Source: an uncultured Candidatus Binatia bacterium (GTDB lineage Bacteria > Desulfobacterota > Binatia > UBA9968 > JAJDTQ01). Taken from it: a DNA stretch of 64,000 bases. Below are positions 42,701-51,846 of this stretch, in pieces. The number at the start of each line of letters is the position of its first letter. Position 1 is the first letter of the stretch. The DNA lies in contig OZ219754.1 in NCBI GenBank assembly GCA_964291295.2, forward strand, positions 1,472,001 to 1,536,000, in the 5' to 3' direction. Made by a program: the position numbers and the translations under genes. A model generated the notes under the pieces. That model had not been told where the DNA came from, did no database searches, and saw only the letters and a program-made list of their open reading frames with translations.

Positions 42701-43048
42701 TCGCGTGACGTCCCCTTCGATGATCGCTTCGACAGTCCTTGGGAGAAGCGCCTTTACGATGCCTTGGTCGCACACGGCCTGGACCCGATTCCGCAGCATC
42801 CGGTGGCCGGTCGCTTCCTGGATCTGGCCATCGTCGATGAATCCCGGCATCCGCCTTTACGCTTGGACATCGAGGTCGATGGGGTCGCCTTCCACACCGA
42901 CGTCGAAGGAAACCGGCTCGCGTCCGACCTGTGGCGGGATCATCAGTTGCGGGGCTTGGGTTGGAAGGTTCTGCGCTTCTGGGTCTACGAATTGAGGGAC
43001 GACATGGAGGAGTGTCTTGAACAAGTCGACAAAGTCATCGGATGTTGA
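39755..43048 (+). CDS. SF1 (Upf1/DNA2-like) helicase with N-terminal wHTH-like region and C-terminal DUF559/Vsr-like nuclease
   Basis: GPPGTGKS, FDEAG, VGDPMQL, EHYRCHP, FQGDERD, NVAISRAR; DSPWE...LDLA...IEVDG...H...RD...GWKVLRFW. Confidence 0.9.
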   Translation: MNEAESLFQDTILRVLETAPQGLTVERIRSQLAKAGAVAAKHEIVRTLAQMNDRQLIQIDATRRWLVRHNSLKTGKDGHAVSGTSEKYLVSIPCQAVAGKRPEMAQEMPAGKGVERSLDLLQQLLPYYQESLRAGDGGSPQAFANQYGDSFGFLEPDRPWWPTAARGHTLIVSLSSVPPGLRSLVAKQHSSHMLLGYPLHMVAPRDADGDVFIRPVSVIRCRYEQTETHLRIDVPVVQPTIVRDWLRGQVKYGGWTASRLLSWLLIEDETAGLQAEDEAEAPEFLEIPTLAARLESAAGKSVQQRLVPSAVAGRVPRKCATGYYNGLALFPEAAGKYARSAIKDYERLCRESRESLGNSSLGACFGIPRPVSPIPAILHPFPLGETQLLATSAALSEPLTVITGPPGTGKSQVIAAIMLSAAAAGRSVLLAARQHRAIDAVKERLEALTDDRSLLVRANESEGFGKFTFADGLRALQTRAGDPDAVRRFDQRLADIAEVDLARWRLLEAWRRLKSTSEEAGVLLAELDKLATERTRLSAKVPFSPETRTGSSLLLRALRFLARLLHCTVAGDTLLGGISRDAYFEREETRLRAALHEVEERIRKLRAELDGQKETPVTLGAKVQAMSTEAMEPLLDCLNAVTSEDRQALVSIAGDAGIMGWQGVDSDACQRILKYMPLWAVTTLAAGSRIPLKSGLFDYVVFDEAGVTDIASSLPLLFRAKSAVIVGDPMQLGMICNLDPREERMMLSRHGLLRPGIGLFAQSQTDLFQFAASVGESAPFLLSEHYRCHPDIAAYFNEAFYGRRLTTLTDERALRVPRGLKAGLHWTDVQGLVSTGRDIGMGGSVYSDSEAEAVVEKLEEVAALDFEGTVGIVTFFAPQARRINEMAVRRIGSDKLNRLNVKVFTANKFQGDERDVMLVSLCLAPDMPPGARKFLAEEKRLLNVAISRARAVCNVFGNKTFAAGCGIPHIETLVRRVDTAMWSRDVPFDDRFDSPWEKRLYDALVAHGLDPIPQHPVAGRFLDLAIVDESRHPPLRLDIEVDGVAFHTDVEGNRLASDLWRDHQLRGLGWKVLRFWVYELRDDMEECLEQVDKVIGC

Positions 43049-45263
43049 TCCTTCTGTTCCGCCACGGCCCGCCGACCTGTCGGCCAAACCCCGTCCGGCC
43101 CTTTGGCTGCTTGGTGCACTTGCGCTGATCGGAATAGGCTCCGCTGCATTCCTGGCCCTGGTGGTGATGGAGAGCGTCATCAGCCGGAAAATGAAACAGG
43201 CTGAAGTCGTCGCGCTTTCGGCGAGACTCGAGAGTTCGCAGGTCGTCGTGGCAGAGGTCGAGGCAGAAATCGGTGTCAAGCAGGAAACCCTCAACGCCTT
43301 GCAGCAAACTGTAAACAGGCTGATGACACAGAAAGATCGGCTGGCCGCACAGAAGGATGCCTTGGATGGAAACATTGAGGAAGCCCGTGTTCTTATCGAG
43401 GGCGCCAAGACTGCAAGACGCATACAGGCGGAACTGAAACAGGCAGAGATCCAGTCCCGCCGTCGCTTGCGCGAGTTCGAAAATGAGCGCGCGAGCCTGT
43501 CGAACCAGATCGACTCCGAACGACAGCGTGCAGTGGACCTCAAAGCGCAGAGAGAGCGCGAAGAGAATTTTCTGCTTGCCATTCGCGGCGACCTCAAGGA
43601 GTTGCGTGCAGAACGCCACCGTGCGGAAGAGGAAAGGGACACGGCCCAACGTGACCTGGCTGGACTACAGGCACGAATTGAGGAGGCACGACAGCGCCTG
43701 ACCGTGGTCTCCGGGCGGCTTGACAACGGTCTGAACGAATTGGGGGCGCTCGAAGGTCGACTGGAAGGCCTGCGTATGCAGGCCAAGAAGGCCAGTCAAG
43801 AGACGGGTCGCGAAACTGTAGCTCTGAAAAGCGCCCGGAATCAGCGGGAGACGCTGGCGGCCGAGGTCGCGCAACTGGATTCACGCAAGTCCGCGTTGGA
43901 ACAGGAAATCGCGGGGCTAAAGAGTGATCGGGAGCGTCTCGGTCAGGCGGAGCAGGACCTCGCGACCGCTATTCAGGAGCTGCGGGTGATACAAGGTGAA
44001 ATCAAGGAGTCACGCCAAAGGGCGGAATCAGCTCAAGCACTGATAAATCGGTTGCCGCAGATTGCGGACGAATTGGAGGCGTTGGAGGCGAGGCGAGATG
44101 CTGCGGCGAAGGTGGTTGCCGACCTGGAGGGGCAACGTGCGGAGCGGGATCGTCTGTTGGCGGCGGTCGGTGCACTGGAAGGGGGCTTGCGGGGATTGCA
44201 GGGGGAGGAGGCGGAGATCAAGGCCCGGCTTCCCGCTCTGGAGGCGCGGCGGGATGCCGCGGTCAGGGAGATTGCCGATCTGGAGGGGAAGCGGGATGCT
44301 GCGGCGAACGCGGTTGCCGACCTGGAGGGGCAACGTGCGGAGCGGGACGGCTTGTTGGCGGAGATTGGTGCACTGGAAGGGGGCTTGAGGGGACTGCAGG
44401 GGGAGGAGGCGGAGATCAAGGCCCGGCTTCCTGTTTTGGAGGCGCGGCGGGATGCCGCGGTCAGGGAGATTGCCGATCTGGAGGCGAGGCGAGATGCTGC
44501 GGCGAAGGTGGTTGCCGACCTGGAGGGGCAACGTGCGGAGCGGGATCGTCTGTTGGCGGCGGTCGGTGCACTGGAAGGGGGCTTGCGGGGATTGCAGGGG
44601 GAGGAGGCGGAGATCAAGGCCCGGCTTCCCGCTCTGGAGGCGCGGCGGGATGCCGCGGTCAGGGAGATTGCCGATCTGGAGGGGCAACGTGCGGAGCGGG
44701 ACGGCTTGTTGGCGGAGATTGGTGCACTGGAAGGGGGCTTGAGGGGACTGCAGGGGGAGGAGGCGGAGATCAAGGCCCGGCTTCCTGTTTTGGAGGCGCG
44801 GCGGGATGCCGCGGTCAGGGAGATTGCCGATCTGGAGGGGCAACGTGCGGAGCGGGACGGCTTGTTGGCGGAGATTGGTGCACTGGAAGGGGGCTTGCGG
44901 GGATTGCAGGGGGAGGAGGCGGAGATCAAGGCCCGGCTCCCCGCTCTGGAGGCGCGGCGGGATGCCGCGGTCAGGGAGATTGCCGATCTGGAGGGGCAAC
45001 GTGCGGAGCGGGACCGCTTGTTGGCGGAGATTGGTGCACTGGAAGGGGGCTTGAGGGGACTGCAGGGGGAGGAGGCGGAGATCAAGGCCCGGCTCCCCGC
45101 TCTGGAGGCGCGGCGGGATGCCGCGGTCAGGGAGATTGCCGATCTGGAGGCGCAAATCAAACTCCGAAAGGACACGCAGAAGGTCGAAGCCGACAGACTC
45201 GAAGAACGACCGATCGAATCGCAAAGACTCGAAGAGCCTGCAGTGCCCGTCGAAACACCATAG
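43017..45263 (+). CDS. N-terminally anchored long coiled-coil protein with tandem repeats
   Basis: GGAGGAG RBS plus TTG start overlapping helicase end; TM LWLLGALALIGIGSAAFLALVV; continuous heptad pattern. Confidence 0.85.
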   Translation: MNKSTKSSDVDPSVPPRPADLSAKPRPALWLLGALALIGIGSAAFLALVVMESVISRKMKQAEVVALSARLESSQVVVAEVEAEIGVKQETLNALQQTVNRLMTQKDRLAAQKDALDGNIEEARVLIEGAKTARRIQAELKQAEIQSRRRLREFENERASLSNQIDSERQRAVDLKAQREREENFLLAIRGDLKELRAERHRAEEERDTAQRDLAGLQARIEEARQRLTVVSGRLDNGLNELGALEGRLEGLRMQAKKASQETGRETVALKSARNQRETLAAEVAQLDSRKSALEQEIAGLKSDRERLGQAEQDLATAIQELRVIQGEIKESRQRAESAQALINRLPQIADELEALEARRDAAAKVVADLEGQRAERDRLLAAVGALEGGLRGLQGEEAEIKARLPALEARRDAAVREIADLEGKRDAAANAVADLEGQRAERDGLLAEIGALEGGLRGLQGEEAEIKARLPVLEARRDAAVREIADLEARRDAAAKVVADLEGQRAERDRLLAAVGALEGGLRGLQGEEAEIKARLPALEARRDAAVREIADLEGQRAERDGLLAEIGALEGGLRGLQGEEAEIKARLPVLEARRDAAVREIADLEGQRAERDGLLAEIGALEGGLRGLQGEEAEIKARLPALEARRDAAVREIADLEGQRAERDRLLAEIGALEGGLRGLQGEEAEIKARLPALEARRDAAVREIADLEAQIKLRKDTQKVEADRLEERPIESQRLEEPAVPVETP
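44083..45152. repeat. In-frame tandem repeat: six 156-bp units, the first ones separated by 42-bp sub-units
   Basis: GGGCAACGTGCGGAGCGGGA at 44130, 44328, 44526, 44682, 44838, 44994 (periods 198,198,156,156,156). Confidence 0.95.
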
Positions 45264-45299
45264 GATCGGCGACAAGTTGATATTCGGAAGGACAACACG

Positions 45300-47393
45300 A
45301 TGAATTGGGTGCTGAACCCCGACATGCTTTTGATCTTGAGCGCAGTCACCATGGTTTTCGTCCTGCTTGTCGCCTTTTTCCTGGGCGTGCGCCACCAGCT
45401 TGCGTGGGAGCGTTTGCCCGCGGCGGCGCGGAGCGCGGAGTTGGCAACGCTTGTTGCGCAGCGAGAAGCCGAACTTCTACACGGGGAACAACGGCTGACG
45501 AGGCTTCATGAGCAGATCCGTGATTCCGAGACCAGGCTTCTGGAGCGTGACCGGTTCGAATCCGAGGCAGAATACTGGAAATCACAAAGCGAAGCCCTCA
45601 AGGCGGAATATGCAGGTCTTGATCAAATACGCGCTGAAATCGAGGTGGTTCGCGAACACTACCGGCAGGAGATCGAGAATCTGGGGGATGTTGAAAGACA
45701 ACTACGCGAGGTCAACGGTGACCTGGAGGACAAGCGCTTGCGTGTGGCCCAAGCGGACAGTCAACTGCACCAGATCGCCGTTGAGGACGGCCGCCTGCGT
45801 GAGGCACGGCAGGAATTGTCACAGGCAGTGGAGGAGATGGAAACCAAGCTCAGCACACAAAAGGCTGAGAGCGCATTCGCACAGGAAAATCTTGAGCGGA
45901 TACAGGATCGGGTGGTCAGAATTGAGCGCGAAGTTGCAATGCTCGAATCCCGGCAAAAGGAGTTGCTTGGCGAAATCCGGGTGGCCGAGAGCCAGTTGCA
46001 AGCCGCCAAGTCCGAGTTGAGCGGCCTTGACCCCAGGCACCAAGAGCTTGCCAGTGTCCTGGAGTCCCTGGAATCCGCCCAGCGAGAGCTCAAAGACAGG
46101 CAAGAATCGTTACTTCTGCTGAAGTCCGAAGAGGCCAGGTTGCATGCTCAGATTGCACGCATGAGGGCGGAATTCGATGCGACCCAGGACAATTCTGCCG
46201 CGCTTGCCGATCTTCTGGAACCGCCAGCCTACCTGAAGGGGGAGGACAGGCTGGCCAGGCCGCAGCCCGACGAACAGGAGTGGGATGCGCTGCAACGAGT
46301 TCGACAACACCTGAAAAAGAACGGTCTCTTCTTTAGCGGCCGCGTGATCGATGCGTTCCACACCAGTCTGAAGATGGCTGTCATCTCTCCGCTCACGGTA
46401 CTCGCCGGTGTCAGCGGAACGGGGAAGAGCCAGTTGCCTCGCTTCTACGCGGATGCGATGGGCATGCATTTTCTCAAGATTCCGGTTCAGCCACGATGGG
46501 ACGGCCCGCAGGACCTTTTTGGCTTCTACAACTATATCGAGCGGCGTTACAAGGCGACCGATCTTTCACGCGGGCTGGTCCATATGGACCCCTACAACTG
46601 GGGTGAGCAATCAAGAAAATTCAGCGACCGTGTGTTACTTGTCCTGTTGGATGAGATGAACCTGGCTCGCGTGGAGTACTATTTCTCGGAGTTCTTAAGC
46701 CGTCTGGAAGGCCGCCCATTCGATGAAAACGCGGGCAAGGAATACATTCGGCGGCCCTCCGAATTCGAGATAGACGTTGGTCCACAGGGTGAGACCCGGC
46801 GCGTCCATGTCGGCCAGAATATCCTTTTTGTCGGAACGATGAACGAGGACGAGTCGACGCTGGCGCTATCGGACAAGGTGCTGGACCGAGCGAATGTGTT
46901 GCGTTTTCCAAAGCCGGTCGAACTCAAGTCGGAACTTCCGACCAGGGACGAGGCGTATCTGGCCGACGGTTACCTGCCAAGATCCCGTTGGACAGAGAAG
47001 TGGGTTCGCAGAGAAAAGGACATGGAGAAGGCCGTCTCTGACGAATCGTCCCGTATCATTCAAGATGTCAACGATATCATGGAAGAGTTGGGGCGTCCGT
47101 TTGGCCATCGCATGGGCCAGGCCATGCTCTGTTACGTCGCGAACTATCCCGTTCGGCGCGGTCAGTCGTCGTTGGAAGTGGGTAAACAGGCGATATGCGA
47201 TCAAATTGAGTTGAGAGTCCTTCCAAGGTTGCGGGGTATTCTGGTGGAGGAGAACCGCGGCGGTCTTGGCAAACTCTCCGATGTTGCGAAGTCTTTGAAC
47301 GATGATGGGCTCGCAAACGAGATCCAACACGCAATACAACGCTCGCAGGCGACAAGCGGTCTGTTTGTCTGGCGCGGATTTACCAGAGAATAG
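45300..47393 (+). CDS. McrB-family AAA+ NTPase with N-terminal TM helix and coiled coil
   Basis: GVSGTGKS, VQPRW, LLDEMNLARVEYYFSEFLS, GTMNEDES, LSDKVLDRAN. Confidence 0.9.
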   Translation: MNWVLNPDMLLILSAVTMVFVLLVAFFLGVRHQLAWERLPAAARSAELATLVAQREAELLHGEQRLTRLHEQIRDSETRLLERDRFESEAEYWKSQSEALKAEYAGLDQIRAEIEVVREHYRQEIENLGDVERQLREVNGDLEDKRLRVAQADSQLHQIAVEDGRLREARQELSQAVEEMETKLSTQKAESAFAQENLERIQDRVVRIEREVAMLESRQKELLGEIRVAESQLQAAKSELSGLDPRHQELASVLESLESAQRELKDRQESLLLLKSEEARLHAQIARMRAEFDATQDNSAALADLLEPPAYLKGEDRLARPQPDEQEWDALQRVRQHLKKNGLFFSGRVIDAFHTSLKMAVISPLTVLAGVSGTGKSQLPRFYADAMGMHFLKIPVQPRWDGPQDLFGFYNYIERRYKATDLSRGLVHMDPYNWGEQSRKFSDRVLLVLLDEMNLARVEYYFSEFLSRLEGRPFDENAGKEYIRRPSEFEIDVGPQGETRRVHVGQNILFVGTMNEDESTLALSDKVLDRANVLRFPKPVELKSELPTRDEAYLADGYLPRSRWTEKWVRREKDMEKAVSDESSRIIQDVNDIMEELGRPFGHRMGQAMLCYVANYPVRRGQSSLEVGKQAICDQIELRVLPRLRGILVEENRGGLGKLSDVAKSLNDDGLANEIQHAIQRSQATSGLFVWRGFTRE

Positions 47394-47404
47394 AAGACCG
47401 AATC

Positions 47405-49009
47405 ATGGCGACTGCGGACCTGGCCCTGTTACACCTGCCTTGGGACTTGATCCGGAATGGGCAGACTCAATGCAGAATCTCGGCTCACGAAACGGTGCGA
47501 TATAGCGGATGTATCGTTCCTCTCGTGTTCAGTCGTGACGCCCAACCCCTGTTTGTGAACGGCGATGATCGGACGAGCGACGTGTTTGTCGAGTTCCAGA
47601 CGCGTCATGGCGAGAAGCAGAAGGTCTGGGACATCCCGATTCCATTGCACCACAAGGAGGTCTGCACGCTGCGCTTCCACACTTGGGACGGGGATGCGTT
47701 GATCGAGTTGGAACATCGCGTCAGCCGTCCGACCCGAAGCTTTGACGATGAGAAGGGGACTCTGCAAGAATCGACGGGAGACCGGATCGTCCGTTTCTTG
47801 CGGACCATCGCCGCACGGACGCGGGACTTCGAGACTGCGCTGGAAGCCGGTCTTGATCCGTGGGAGCATGTTCTCTTGTTGTGGCTCAAGCCCGATGAGC
47901 CTCGAGGTCCCACGATGGATATCCTGGTTCGGCACGCACGCGAGCATCAGTCCACTTGGGCAGACATCGCTGATCGTCCGAGACGGCTGCTGAATCACAG
48001 CCGCGAACTCGTCGCCCTGTCGCGTGTGCAAGAGGTGGATATCCATTGTATGCGCTGGCTGTCGCGCCAACCCGGCGACACGCTGGCGGAGCGGGCCGGG
48101 GGCCGGCAACGCATTCTGGCATTGGCCCGCCACGAAGACCGCAATACTCTGGAGAACCGGGTTTTCCTGGACCTGATGGTCCGCAGCGTGGATGCCGCAA
48201 GAGACTGGCTCGCCATGAATGAAGGCCGGTTGATTACATCAAGGACACAATCCATCAGGCGGTACAAGCAGGAATGCTGCAATCTCGGCATTGAATTGGC
48301 GACTCGTGGCGTGTCGCGCCAAGTTGAACCGGTTCAGCCCAACTACGTATTGCTCCACGACGAACGTTATCGTCGTGTCTGGACGGCGCGGCACGAAATT
48401 CTCCGACGCGAGAGGGCGACAGATGATCTGTGGCGTTGGCAGCATCGATCCTGGGCGGAGTTTTGCAAATCCGTCGTCGCCGTAAGCCTGCTCTGGATTT
48501 CCGGTGCCGACCGCTTCTTCGCAACGCCGTTGTCTGTTGCCCATGAACACCGGTGCGGACACTGGTTGATTCACGATGATCCCATGATCGTCGTCGCACA
48601 TTGGCAAAACGAATGGGTCGTGGAGTTGCTGTCGGGCGATTCGGAAGACATTCCCCATGGAATGCGCCAGCTATGCGCATCCTTGTGGCTTCACTGCGCT
48701 GAGTTCGGTGGTGGGGACGACATGTACATCCCGGTATGGACGGTTCATGCCCTTGACGGATCGTCGAATCTGCGTGAGCTCGTTGACTCCGCCAACGAAG
48801 CCCTGGAAATGCTGCCGAACCGCCGTCAGTTTGCCGGTGGGATCGTGTTGGCTTCGCTTGTCGACCCAAACCTTGGGACAACAAGCGAAGAAGCGGAGTT
48901 TGTATCGGGCTGCATGTTCGGCCCCTGCGACCACCAACTCACCGATGCGCTTGAGCGTCTGGGTGAGCGCATCCGGCATCGGATCGAGGTGTCGTTGTGC
49001 GAGCATTGA
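47405..49009 (+). CDS. McrC-like DUF2357 family protein
   Basis: NTLENRVF and PNYVLLHDERYRRVW motifs; directly downstream of McrB-like gene. Confidence 0.8.
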   Translation: MATADLALLHLPWDLIRNGQTQCRISAHETVRYSGCIVPLVFSRDAQPLFVNGDDRTSDVFVEFQTRHGEKQKVWDIPIPLHHKEVCTLRFHTWDGDALIELEHRVSRPTRSFDDEKGTLQESTGDRIVRFLRTIAARTRDFETALEAGLDPWEHVLLLWLKPDEPRGPTMDILVRHAREHQSTWADIADRPRRLLNHSRELVALSRVQEVDIHCMRWLSRQPGDTLAERAGGRQRILALARHEDRNTLENRVFLDLMVRSVDAARDWLAMNEGRLITSRTQSIRRYKQECCNLGIELATRGVSRQVEPVQPNYVLLHDERYRRVWTARHEILRRERATDDLWRWQHRSWAEFCKSVVAVSLLWISGADRFFATPLSVAHEHRCGHWLIHDDPMIVVAHWQNEWVVELLSGDSEDIPHGMRQLCASLWLHCAEFGGGDDMYIPVWTVHALDGSSNLRELVDSANEALEMLPNRRQFAGGIVLASLVDPNLGTTSEEAEFVSGCMFGPCDHQLTDALERLGERIRHRIEVSLCEH

Positions 49010-51528
49010 TCGGCGTCGACCTGAACGGGGTCACGGACCAACTTGCCAGACTTGACGACGACGGGGAGAGGTGCATCGATCTCGGTATTCGCGGCTGCAT
49101 GGTGCGCCTGAACGTGCGGCCAGACCGATGGCTGGCCGGTGTACAGAATGAACTTGCACCGCGTGGACCTGGTTGGGGGCGCGTCGGCTCAAGCGATAAT
49201 CGGGTCGAGATGTTGAGGATGTTGGAACGGATACGTGACGCCGAACCCGACGAGCGGGTCAGGACCGCCGTGATCTCCTCCCTGCCAAGCGTCACGGGTG
49301 ACAGCGAACTCGCCGTCTTTGCCGTTCCGGATATTCCAGCTTATGGAGAGGAGTTCCGCGACCGCTATCTCCGGTTGCTGAACCTCGTCACCGGGCTGCG
49401 GCCCTTGCTGCTCTGGCGCCCGGTGGCGGCCCTTCTGGGCCGCGTTGCCGACGCGCCGCAACAGTTTCACCACGGACAGGAGGTCGCCGTCCTGTCGCTT
49501 ATGGCGGACGGAATACACCTGTCCATGCTGTCGCTGGAATCTCACGATGACGGCTCGTTGCTGGTTCCACAGCGAGACAGGTCTGGCCAGAGGACCGGTG
49601 CATCTTTTCGTGGCGAAGTCCTGGTGGAGGATGCGCGAAGCCGTCTTGTACGGCAAACGAACTTGTCCGCGGAGGACATTGAGGCTTCGGCAATGTCTCC
49701 CTGGCTTTTCGCCGTAGGCAAAGAGCGGCGACCGGAGCTTGTCCGGCTGGCCGGCAACCGTGGCTGGTTGAAACTTCCGGGCCTCGATCACCGTCCACCT
49801 TTGCCGGACAGTCTGGATTTGCAGAATGAGTTGCTGGATACACTGCGTGCCGCGCGAGCTCTGCTCATCGAAGGACCGTTCGCCGGCAACAGACAATGGT
49901 GCGATGGCGTGAAGGCCGCCTTGACGGCACGAGTGGATCTGCCGGACTTCATCGAGACCGCGGACAGTTCCACCGTCGCGCGTGGCTGTCTGGAAGCGGC
50001 AAGGCGGTACCGGTGCGACCAGCCGATCTATTTCGACTTTTTGCCCCAACTCGAGATCAACGCCCTGGTTGATGACGAACCACAATTCGTAGACTTGATC
50101 AGGAGCGGCGAGCGGTGCCCGGGAGGTGAAACCTTTGTGGCACATGCCCCAGGAGATTACCGTATCAATCAGGGGGCAACGCACCTCACCTTCTGGTTGT
50201 TCAAGGAAGATTCCGATTGCGCCCGCAAGGCCGAAGCCTCACTTCCGGGCAGGGCGGATCAGTCATACGACCTTGACGTGATAGTGAGGCAGACGCCAGG
50301 TCAAGGCTTCGCACAAGTGCAAATCTCCTCGTCCGATTTCGACGAACTCCGTCGGCACCCCATCACCCTCGATTGGGAGGGTATGGAGAACGATGATCGA
50401 TGCCGTGACGACATCCTGAAGGAATTGGGCGAGCAAACTCAATCCGGGCGCGGCTGGCGGAAGACCGACGTCAAACCGGGTCACCCTTTCCTATGGCTGG
50501 ACGTGCATCCCAAGGGAAACCTGATGGAGCAATTGGCGGCGTATCGAGCGGCGCCGTTGATTCAGAAGGGCAGGGTTGACCGCGATGTGACGGCGTCGCT
50601 GGAGACTCTACGTGGCCGCTTCTCCCGGCTCGAAAGGCCTTCCTTTATTGCTCCAAGGATGGGATTGGCCGTGGAGGAAGACGAAAGCTTCAGGCCTCTG
50701 GACAGTAACGGAGCACTACCTGAACCGGCGAGCGGAATCCAGATTCCGAGGGGTGCGGAAGAGGAACTGGATGAGACCCTATCCAAGTGCGATAACGACT
50801 TGGTTGTTTTGCAACAGCGTTTCGGTGAACAGATAGACACGCCGATCCTGGGTCATATCGTGGGTTTTGCCAGTTGGTGTTTCGTCCGGTGTCCACCCGG
50901 CATTGCGGAGGTGCTGCTGGGTACCTACGAAGGAAAATACAAATACAAGATCCATCACATTCTGCTAAGCGAAGGCGTTGCGCGTGTCATCTCGAAACCA
51001 TGCCAGATGGAGCGCTATTTCGGCGCCGTGGAAATTCGGCTTGCCAGAAAGGGCAATTTGACCACGTCCGATTATGCGGGCGTCGCTCGTGTCCTCAGTA
51101 CCCACGAGAACGCAGCGGTCATTCTCCCCTCTGTGCTCGCAGACCGGCTCCGAGTTGAGGCTGTGCGGGACATCGACTGCGAGAACTCCAAGGGCATGGA
51201 CGCGGCCTACAAGAGACGTTTCAAGTCGGCTCTGTTGATGCTGGCTGTGCTCCTGCGGCACCGTCAAAAACGCCAAGGGTTCCTTGATCCTGGGAGTGAA
51301 CAGGGGAAGAAACTGCTGTCCCTACTCCACACGGCGAAGCAACGCAACCTCAAATTTGGGAAAAAAGGCCTGCAGCGAGCGTCCCGTGTCAGCGGAGCGA
51401 CCAGAAAGGACCGTCGTTTCGACGACAACGCCAAGTTAATTCACGAGATCGCGGAATACATCCTCTTGAGGGGTAGGGACCCGAACTTCATTGTGCGCAT
51501 ACGTCGTTGGATTGACGACGACGAATGA
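48997..51528 (+). CDS. Degenerate Hsp70/actin-fold protein with C-terminal helical extension
   Basis: IGVDLNG (cf GIDLG), VFAVPD, LLWRPVAALL (cf EPTAAA), LLIEG, VARGC; overlaps McrC-like stop. Confidence 0.6.
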   Translation: MRALIGVDLNGVTDQLARLDDDGERCIDLGIRGCMVRLNVRPDRWLAGVQNELAPRGPGWGRVGSSDNRVEMLRMLERIRDAEPDERVRTAVISSLPSVTGDSELAVFAVPDIPAYGEEFRDRYLRLLNLVTGLRPLLLWRPVAALLGRVADAPQQFHHGQEVAVLSLMADGIHLSMLSLESHDDGSLLVPQRDRSGQRTGASFRGEVLVEDARSRLVRQTNLSAEDIEASAMSPWLFAVGKERRPELVRLAGNRGWLKLPGLDHRPPLPDSLDLQNELLDTLRAARALLIEGPFAGNRQWCDGVKAALTARVDLPDFIETADSSTVARGCLEAARRYRCDQPIYFDFLPQLEINALVDDEPQFVDLIRSGERCPGGETFVAHAPGDYRINQGATHLTFWLFKEDSDCARKAEASLPGRADQSYDLDVIVRQTPGQGFAQVQISSSDFDELRRHPITLDWEGMENDDRCRDDILKELGEQTQSGRGWRKTDVKPGHPFLWLDVHPKGNLMEQLAAYRAAPLIQKGRVDRDVTASLETLRGRFSRLERPSFIAPRMGLAVEEDESFRPLDSNGALPEPASGIQIPRGAEEELDETLSKCDNDLVVLQQRFGEQIDTPILGHIVGFASWCFVRCPPGIAEVLLGTYEGKYKYKIHHILLSEGVARVISKPCQMERYFGAVEIRLARKGNLTTSDYAGVARVLSTHENAAVILPSVLADRLRVEAVRDIDCENSKGMDAAYKRRFKSALLMLAVLLRHRQKRQGFLDPGSEQGKKLLSLLHTAKQRNLKFGKKGLQRASRVSGATRKDRRFDDNAKLIHEIAEYILLRGRDPNFIVRIRRWIDDDE

Positions 51529-51846
51529 GTACGTTTTCTCGAGTTTCCCATGCCGGCTGATTGCAGGCGTCCGTAGCTTGTTGTGCCTGATCAGCCTCCC
51601 GATCCGTCCGGGGGTCAAGAAATTCCGAATGGTATCGACAAGCAACTGCCACCGTCCACCGAATCAATTGCTTCCTTGCTCCTCGACGCGAGTGCAGCAA
51701 GGGACGCCAGGTGTCGGCGCACAGCAACGAGGACCGCCAGGGTATGCCCCACATCCGGGGTGGGCGGTCGAACGGGAACCCGCAATATCGCAGGGTGTCG
51801 GGAGGCCACGAACGGCCGCTTGGCCCGGGCGGACCGCAGCCTGCCG

